Shown here piece after piece: positions 6,895 to 12,164 of a stretch of 12,164 bases of DNA. Numbering within the stretch: position 1 is the first letter of the stretch; every line of letters starts with the position of its first letter. This DNA comes from an uncultured bacterium (lineage in GTDB: Bacteria; Schekmanbacteria; GWA2-38-11; J061). A program made the position numbers and the translations under genes. Below the pieces are notes generated by a model. It searched no databases, had not been told where the DNA came from, and was given only the letters and a program-made list of their open reading frames with translations. The DNA lies in the NCBI GenBank assembly GCA_964549305.1, contig CAZJVM010000075.1, positions 1-12,164 on the forward strand, in the 5' to 3' direction.

Positions 6895-8955
6895 ATGCAG
6901 CTACTTTTTATAATACCGCTTCTTTTTGCCGCCGGATTTCTGATTAACGGTACGGCAGGGCTTCTTTCGGAAAAATACAGAAACTCGGAAAAAATAATAC
7001 ACACCGTTGCCTGCGGCGTAGCCATTGCTGCTTCGGCTACTGCCCTTTACGTGCTTGCCGATTTCATATTCATCAATCATCCGGAAAGCGGAATTTTCGA
7101 GCAGGTTATCTATGAATGGATTCCTGCGGGAAAATTCAGGGTGAATGCGGGGTTTCAGCTCGACGCCCTTTCGTCCATAATGCTTTTTGTCGTTACATTT
7201 GTGGGAATGCTCATACATATTTATTCAACGGGATATATGCATGGCGATTCGGGCTATTACCGTTTTTTCGCCTATCTCAACCTCTTTATGTTTTCAATGC
7301 TTCTTCTTATCCTCGGAAACAATTTTCTGATTATGTTTGTTGGATGGGAAGGCGTCGGACTCTGCTCGTATCTTCTCATAGGATTTTACATACTTAAAAA
7401 GTCAGCCGGCGATGCCGGGAAGAAGGCATTTGTAGTAAACAGAATAGGGGATTTCGGATTTATACTTGCAATATTCTGCATCTATTCCGTATTCGGCACT
7501 CTTGACTTCACTACTATTTTTTCCGCGGTCGAGGGTAAAGAGGAAGCGCTTATGCATATGACTCCTCTCGGGATTACGGTAGTTACGGCAATAACGCTTT
7601 CACTTTTCATAGGCGCTATGGGAAAGTCGGCGCAGATTCCGCTTTATGTCTGGCTTCCCGATGCTATGGAAGGTCCTACGCCTGTGAGCGCCCTTATTCA
7701 CGCGGCGACGATGGTTACGGCAGGTGTCTATATGGTTGCGCGCTGTAATCCTTTATATAATCTCGCTCCTCTCAGTCTCGCAGTCGTTGCGACTGTGGGT
7801 GCGCTTACGGCTATATTCGCCGCGTCCATAGGCCTTGTGCAGAATGACATTAAAAAAGTTCTCGCCTATTCAACGGTGAGCCAGCTTGGATATATGTTTC
7901 TCGGTTGCGGAGTGGGAGCATACGAGGCGGGAGTTTTTCATCTTATGACACACGCTTTTTTCAAGGGGTGCCTCTTTCTCGGCTCGGGAAGCGTTATTCA
8001 CGCCATGAGCGGCGAGCAGGATATGAGATATATGGGAGGGCTTAAAAAACATATGCCGCGCACATACTGGACATTCCTTTTCGCTACCATCGCTATCGCG
8101 GGAATTCCTCCTTTCGCGGGATTTTTCAGCAAGGATGAAATTCTCTTCAAGGCATTTACTGCGGAGAATCCCGTATTGGGCGATTTCAGGTATTTCCTGT
8201 GGTTTTTGGGTGCCGTAGCGGCGTTTATGACTTCATTCTATATGTTCAGACTCGTAAATTTGACATTCAAGGGAGAATCGAGAGTTTCAGAAGAGGCGGC
8301 GCATCATCTTCACGAATCTCCCCTCAATATAACTTTGCCTCTTATGGTGCTTGGCGTCCTTTCCCTCATTGGAGGACTTGTTGGAATTCCTCTTATTCCC
8401 GGCGCAAACAGAATCCACGAATTTCTGGGGCCTGTTTTTGGCGCGGGCGGACACGGCGAAGAAGTGCTTCATGCCGCGGGAGAGCATAATATGGGACTTG
8501 AAATTACTCTTATGATTGTTTCAGTGGCGATTGCTGTGGGAGGATTACTCCTTGCAAATTATTTGTATCTTAAAAACAAGGAATTGCCGGCAAAGCTGGC
8601 GGGGAAATACAAACAGCTTTATACCACTTTGCTGAACAAATACTACGTGGACGAAATTTACGAAGCGCTTTTTGTCAACGGAATTAAAAAACTATCTGTA
8701 TATTTCTGGAAATTCGATGCCGCAAGGATAGACGGACTGGTAAATTTCACGAGTTCCTTTACTCTCGCTGTAAGCTATGTTTCCAACTTATGGGATGCCT
8801 ATATTGTTGACGGAATGGTAAACGGCGTAGCATCTCTTGTGGAGCGTTTTTCAAAAGCAGGAAGAAAAATTCAGACAGGTTTTTTAAATACCTATGCCGC
8901 AATAATGCTCGCGGGAGTATTCATACTTGTGAGCATATATATTGTAATGATGTAA
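6895..8955 (+). CDS. nuoL: NADH-quinone oxidoreductase subunit L with lengthened lateral helix
   Basis: HIYSTGYM, GWEGVGLCSYLLIGF, NRIGD, MGKSAQIPLYVWLPDAMEGPTPVSALIHAATMV, FFSKDEIL and NKYYVDE...QTG followed by a final TM helix. Confidence 0.97.
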   Translation: MQLLFIIPLLFAAGFLINGTAGLLSEKYRNSEKIIHTVACGVAIAASATALYVLADFIFINHPESGIFEQVIYEWIPAGKFRVNAGFQLDALSSIMLFVVTFVGMLIHIYSTGYMHGDSGYYRFFAYLNLFMFSMLLLILGNNFLIMFVGWEGVGLCSYLLIGFYILKKSAGDAGKKAFVVNRIGDFGFILAIFCIYSVFGTLDFTTIFSAVEGKEEALMHMTPLGITVVTAITLSLFIGAMGKSAQIPLYVWLPDAMEGPTPVSALIHAATMVTAGVYMVARCNPLYNLAPLSLAVVATVGALTAIFAASIGLVQNDIKKVLAYSTVSQLGYMFLGCGVGAYEAGVFHLMTHAFFKGCLFLGSGSVIHAMSGEQDMRYMGGLKKHMPRTYWTFLFATIAIAGIPPFAGFFSKDEILFKAFTAENPVLGDFRYFLWFLGAVAAFMTSFYMFRLVNLTFKGESRVSEEAAHHLHESPLNITLPLMVLGVLSLIGGLVGIPLIPGANRIHEFLGPVFGAGGHGEEVLHAAGEHNMGLEITLMIVSVAIAVGGLLLANYLYLKNKELPAKLAGKYKQLYTTLLNKYYVDEIYEALFVNGIKKLSVYFWKFDAARIDGLVNFTSSFTLAVSYVSNLWDAYIVDGMVNGVASLVERFSKAGRKIQTGFLNTYAAIMLAGVFILVSIYIVMM
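8713..8823 (+). repeat. In-frame degenerate tandem repeat, period 78 bp / 26 aa, within the NuoL amphipathic helix
   Basis: FDAARIDGLVN (8713-8745) recurs as WDAYIVDGMVN (8791-8823). At DNA level gatgcc occurs at 8716 and 8794, and gacggactggtaaa (8731) matches gacggaatggtaaa (8809) at 13/14 positions. Confidence 0.85.
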
Positions 8956-8980
8956 AAAATAGAAACCGGAGGATAAATTG

Positions 8981-10675
8981 ATGGACTTAAATTATTCATC
9001 GTATCTTGGTGATGCATATTCGTATGTGAACCAGATAGGATTTCCAATACTTTCATATTTGATTTTTATCCCGCTTCTGGGCGGAATTATTCTGATGTTT
9101 TTTCCAAAGGATAAAATCAACGGGATAAAAATATTCGCGAATCTCGTCGCGGTCATCGATATGCTTCTCTCTTTTATGCTTCTTACCAACTATGACGCTT
9201 CAACATACAAAATGCAGTTTGTGGAGAAGTTTTCGTGGATTGAAGTGAAGTCGATGAATCTGAATATTTATTATTTTCTCGGAATAGACGGAATAAGCGT
9301 TCTGCTCTACCTGCTTACTACGATTCTCGGTGTCATTGCCATACTTTCATCGTGGTCCGCGATTACGGAAAGGGTAAAGGAATATTATATTTTTCTTCTC
9401 TTTCTTCAGACGGGAATGCTCGGAGTTTTCGCGTCTCTTGATTTTTTCCTTTTCTACGTATTCTGGGAAGTGATGCTTGTTCCAATGTATTTTCTCATAG
9501 GCGTTTGGGGAGGAGGTCCGAGAAAGCTCTATTCTGCAATAAAGTTTTTCCTTTATACATTGTTCGGGTCGCTATTTATGCTCCTTGGAATACTAGCGCT
9601 TTTCTTTCATTACAATGGGACGCATCCGGGCGTATATACCTTTGATCTTATGAGACTGCTCAATGACGAGATTCCATACGTGTGGCAGTGGTGGCTTTTC
9701 CTCGCTTTCTTTCTCGGCTTTGCAATCAAGGTGCCAATGTTTCCCTTTCATACGTGGTTGCCTGATGCACACGTTGACGCGCCTACGGCAGGAAGCGTTA
9801 TCCTTGCGGGTGTGCTTTTGAAAATGGGCGCATACGGATTCCTGAGATTCAGTATGCCGCTTTTCCCCGAGGCGACAAGGGATTTTGTCCCCTTCGTGGC
9901 GACTCTTTCGGTCATAGGGATTATTTACGGCGCAATGGTTGCCCTTGTGCAAAAGGATATGAAGAAGCTCGTTGCTTACTCGAGTGTAAGCCATCTCGGA
10001 TTCTGTATGATAGGGCTTTTTGCCCTGAATTCGCAGGCAATGATGGGCAGTATTCTCCAAATGATAAATCACGGCATCAGCACCGGCGGGCTTTTCCTTA
10101 TAGTGGGATTAATCTATGAAAGAAGGCATAACAGGGAGATTGCCGAATACGGAGGGCTATCAAGCCGGCTTCCTGTTTATTCGGCGCTAACATTGATAAT
10201 ATTTCTTTCTTCAATGGGACTACCGGGAATGAACGGTTTTATAGGTGAATTTCTGATTCTTCTCGGTGTTTTCAATTCTCAGTATCTGGGATGGATTTGG
10301 GCGGCATTATCCTGCACGGGAATTATTCTCGGCGCGGCATATCTGCTTTGGCTTTATCAGCGCGTTTTCTTCGGCAAACTTTGGAATCCGAAAAACGCTA
10401 ATCTCAAGGATCTCAATTTCAGGGAGATTGTAACGCTTGCGCCTATTATTCTTTTTATTTTCTGGATAGGCATTTACCCAAAACCATTTTTGAAGATTTT
10501 GGAAAAACCGGTAGAGCATCTTGCTTTGAGACTCGCGCCTGAGAATGCCCAAAGCGAAAAAGTTGCGGAGGAAGTAATAGACAAGAAAATAATTTCCGCT
10601 TCCGCGTTATCTAATGAACATGAAACTGTCTCAGAAATTTCGGACGCCGTCAGCGAAACAGGCAAGGAATTATAG
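8981..10675 (+). CDS. nuoM: NADH-quinone oxidoreductase subunit M
   Basis: LGIDGIS, FYVFWEVMLVPMY, AIKVPMFPFHTWLPDAHVDAPT, LLKMGAYG and GFIGEF. ATG 8981 (GGAGG at 8968-8972) is preferred over TTG 8978. Confidence 0.97.
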   Translation: MDLNYSSYLGDAYSYVNQIGFPILSYLIFIPLLGGIILMFFPKDKINGIKIFANLVAVIDMLLSFMLLTNYDASTYKMQFVEKFSWIEVKSMNLNIYYFLGIDGISVLLYLLTTILGVIAILSSWSAITERVKEYYIFLLFLQTGMLGVFASLDFFLFYVFWEVMLVPMYFLIGVWGGGPRKLYSAIKFFLYTLFGSLFMLLGILALFFHYNGTHPGVYTFDLMRLLNDEIPYVWQWWLFLAFFLGFAIKVPMFPFHTWLPDAHVDAPTAGSVILAGVLLKMGAYGFLRFSMPLFPEATRDFVPFVATLSVIGIIYGAMVALVQKDMKKLVAYSSVSHLGFCMIGLFALNSQAMMGSILQMINHGISTGGLFLIVGLIYERRHNREIAEYGGLSSRLPVYSALTLIIFLSSMGLPGMNGFIGEFLILLGVFNSQYLGWIWAALSCTGIILGAAYLLWLYQRVFFGKLWNPKNANLKDLNFREIVTLAPIILFIFWIGIYPKPFLKILEKPVEHLALRLAPENAQSEKVAEEVIDKKIISASALSNEHETVSEISDAVSETGKEL

Positions 10676-10692
10676 AATTAAGGATTTGATTA

Positions 10693-12164
10693 ATGGACAT
10701 ATCAGCTTTTATACCGCAGGTTAATTTAATTTATCCTGAAATTTTTCTCACGCTCTGGTCGCTTTTTCTCCTTTGTGCCGGAATTTTTCTTTCACGAAAG
10801 AGTTACGCGGTCATATCGGTTACCACTCTTATAGGATTGATTGCTACCGCGGTCATTCTTCTTTTGAATTTCGATAACTACGGCACTACATTTTCCGGTT
10901 CATTTGTTTCGGACGGTTTTTCATCCTTTTTTAAAATGCTTTTCCTCATTGCCGGAATTTTGACGGTAATGATGTCGGGGAAATACAACTTTATCGAAGG
11001 CATTATGAAGGGTGAATACTATGTTCTGATTTGTTTTTCCATCCTGGGAATGTTTGTCATTTCAAGCGGAAACGACCTTATGGTCATTTACATTGGAATA
11101 GAAATGATGGCGCTTTCTATTTACGCCCTTGTAGGCTTCAAGAAGAAGGATGTGAGGTCGAATGAGGCAGCTTTGAAATATTTTGTTCTGGGCGCGTTTT
11201 CCTCAGGAATACTCCTTTACGGAATATCCCTTATATACGGTGAAACATCATCTGTGAATATAATGGAGATTCAGACGGCGCTTCTTCAAAACGGATATTC
11301 GAAACTGAGTCTGCTGGGAATCGTGCTCATAATTGTGGGGCTTGGATTCAAGATTGCCGCTGTGCCATTTCACTTTTGGTGCCCTGATGCTTATGACGGC
11401 GCGCCTACTGCAATTACCGCATTTATGTCTGTTGCGCCCAAAGCCGCCGGATTTGCCGCATTTCTGAGGATATTTGCCGTAGCTGTCATACCGGCTAAAG
11501 ATGAATGGTTTATACTGCTGTGGATTCTTTCCGCTTTTACAATGATAATCGGAAATGTGCTCGCGGTCACTCAGGATAACGTAAAAAGGCTTCTTGCATA
11601 TTCAAGCATTGCCCACGCGGGGTATGGTCTGATGGGGTTAGTCGCGGCGAGCAGACTTATCGAAGTGAGCAACGGAAGAGTCATATTCTCCGAAGCGGGA
11701 AGATTGAGCATATATGCCGTGCTTTTCTATATGCTGGCTTATACATTTATGAATTTAGGCGCTTTTACGGTAGTAATCTTTTTGAGGAACAATTCCCTTA
11801 GGGGTGACAGAATTGAGGATTTTGCGGGACTTGCGAAAGAGAAGCCCTTTTATGCCGCGGCAATGGGAATATTTCTTCTTTCCCTTATGGGAATTCCGCC
11901 TATGGCAGGGTTTGTGGGCAAGTTCTATATTTTTGGAGCCGCTATCAAGGCGCAGCTTTACTATCTTTCGGTCATAGGAATCCTTACAAGCGCCATCTCG
12001 GTTTTTTACTATTTTAAAATCATCAAGGCGATGTATATCGATAATCCCGCTGAAGAATTCTCACTCATATCTTCAAGACCTCTTACATTGGTACTTTTCG
12101 TTTCGATGATAATGACGCTTTTAATCGGTCTTTATCCCGGACCTTTCCTCAATCTCGCGAGAGA
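10693..12164 (+). CDS. nuoN: NADH-quinone oxidoreductase subunit N, partial (no stop before window end)
   Basis: Translated by hand from ATG 10693 (TAAGGA upstream): MDISAFIPQVNLIYPEIFL...GEYYVLI...IGIEMMALSIYALVG...SNEAALKYFVLG...GFKIAAVPFHFWCPDAYDGAPT...KRLLAYSSIAHAGY...GIPPMAGFVGKFY. About 490 codons are open to the edge. Confidence 0.96.
   Translation, partial: MDISAFIPQVNLIYPEIFLTLWSLFLLCAGIFLSRKSYAVISVTTLIGLIATAVILLLNFDNYGTTFSGSFVSDGFSSFFKMLFLIAGILTVMMSGKYNFIEGIMKGEYYVLICFSILGMFVISSGNDLMVIYIGIEMMALSIYALVGFKKKDVRSNEAALKYFVLGAFSSGILLYGISLIYGETSSVNIMEIQTALLQNGYSKLSLLGIVLIIVGLGFKIAAVPFHFWCPDAYDGAPTAITAFMSVAPKAAGFAAFLRIFAVAVIPAKDEWFILLWILSAFTMIIGNVLAVTQDNVKRLLAYSSIAHAGYGLMGLVAASRLIEVSNGRVIFSEAGRLSIYAVLFYMLAYTFMNLGAFTVVIFLRNNSLRGDRIEDFAGLAKEKPFYAAAMGIFLLSLMGIPPMAGFVGKFYIFGAAIKAQLYYLSVIGILTSAISVFYYFKIIKAMYIDNPAEEFSLISSRPLTLVLFVSMIMTLLIGLYPGPFLNLAR

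Noticed and set aside
8290-8496. His-rich stretches in NuoL (EEAAHHLHESP; GGHGEEVLHAAGEH) as a novel metal-binding domain
   Set aside because: His/Gly-rich variable loops at these two positions are common in bacterial NuoL.
8956-8980. Strong SD (GGAGG) and the longest intra-operon gap before nuoM as evidence of 2:1 NuoM translation
   Set aside because: Suggestive, but nuoB (AAGGAG), nuoH (GAGGTG) and nuoN (TAAGGA) have comparable SD matches, so it does not discriminate without ribosome profiling.
821-10665. The many minus-strand and alternative-frame ORFs in the ORF track (e.g. 3151-3921, 9593-10072, 4887-5336, 7116-7397)
   Set aside because: All lie within well-supported + strand genes and have no recognisable motifs. 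They are expected shadow ORFs.
6895-12164. Mrp Na+/H+ antiporter operon
   Set aside because: The subunits carry NuoL/M/N-specific motifs and follow nuoA-K. No mrpB/C/E/F/G-like genes are visible.
1-12164. CRISPR arrays, IS elements, tRNA/rRNA genes, prophage or defence genes
   Set aside because: The window is almost fully occupied by housekeeping CDSs. No regularly spaced repeats, transposase or integrase motifs, or RNA-gene signatures were seen.

Overview
Bacterial window with every credible gene on the + strand. It holds the 3' end of ychF, a coupled pair (uncharacterised lipoprotein plus a PIG3-type NAD(P)H:quinone oxidoreductase), and then a tightly packed complex I-like operon nuoA-B-C-D-H-I-J-K-L-M-N. 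nuoN runs off the window end and is missing from the supplied ORF track. The operon has no nuoEFG (nuoD abuts nuoH), and NuoC and NuoD appear to lack segments that normally contact the NADH-input module, so this looks like an 11-subunit 'headless' complex I with an unknown electron donor or acceptor. The most striking signal is in NuoL: its lateral amphipathic helix carries a 26-residue (78-bp) tandem duplication. This is the signature of '2M' complexes that hold an extra proton-pumping subunit, yet only one nuoM lies between nuoL and nuoN. No mobile elements, RNA genes or CRISPR arrays were recognised.
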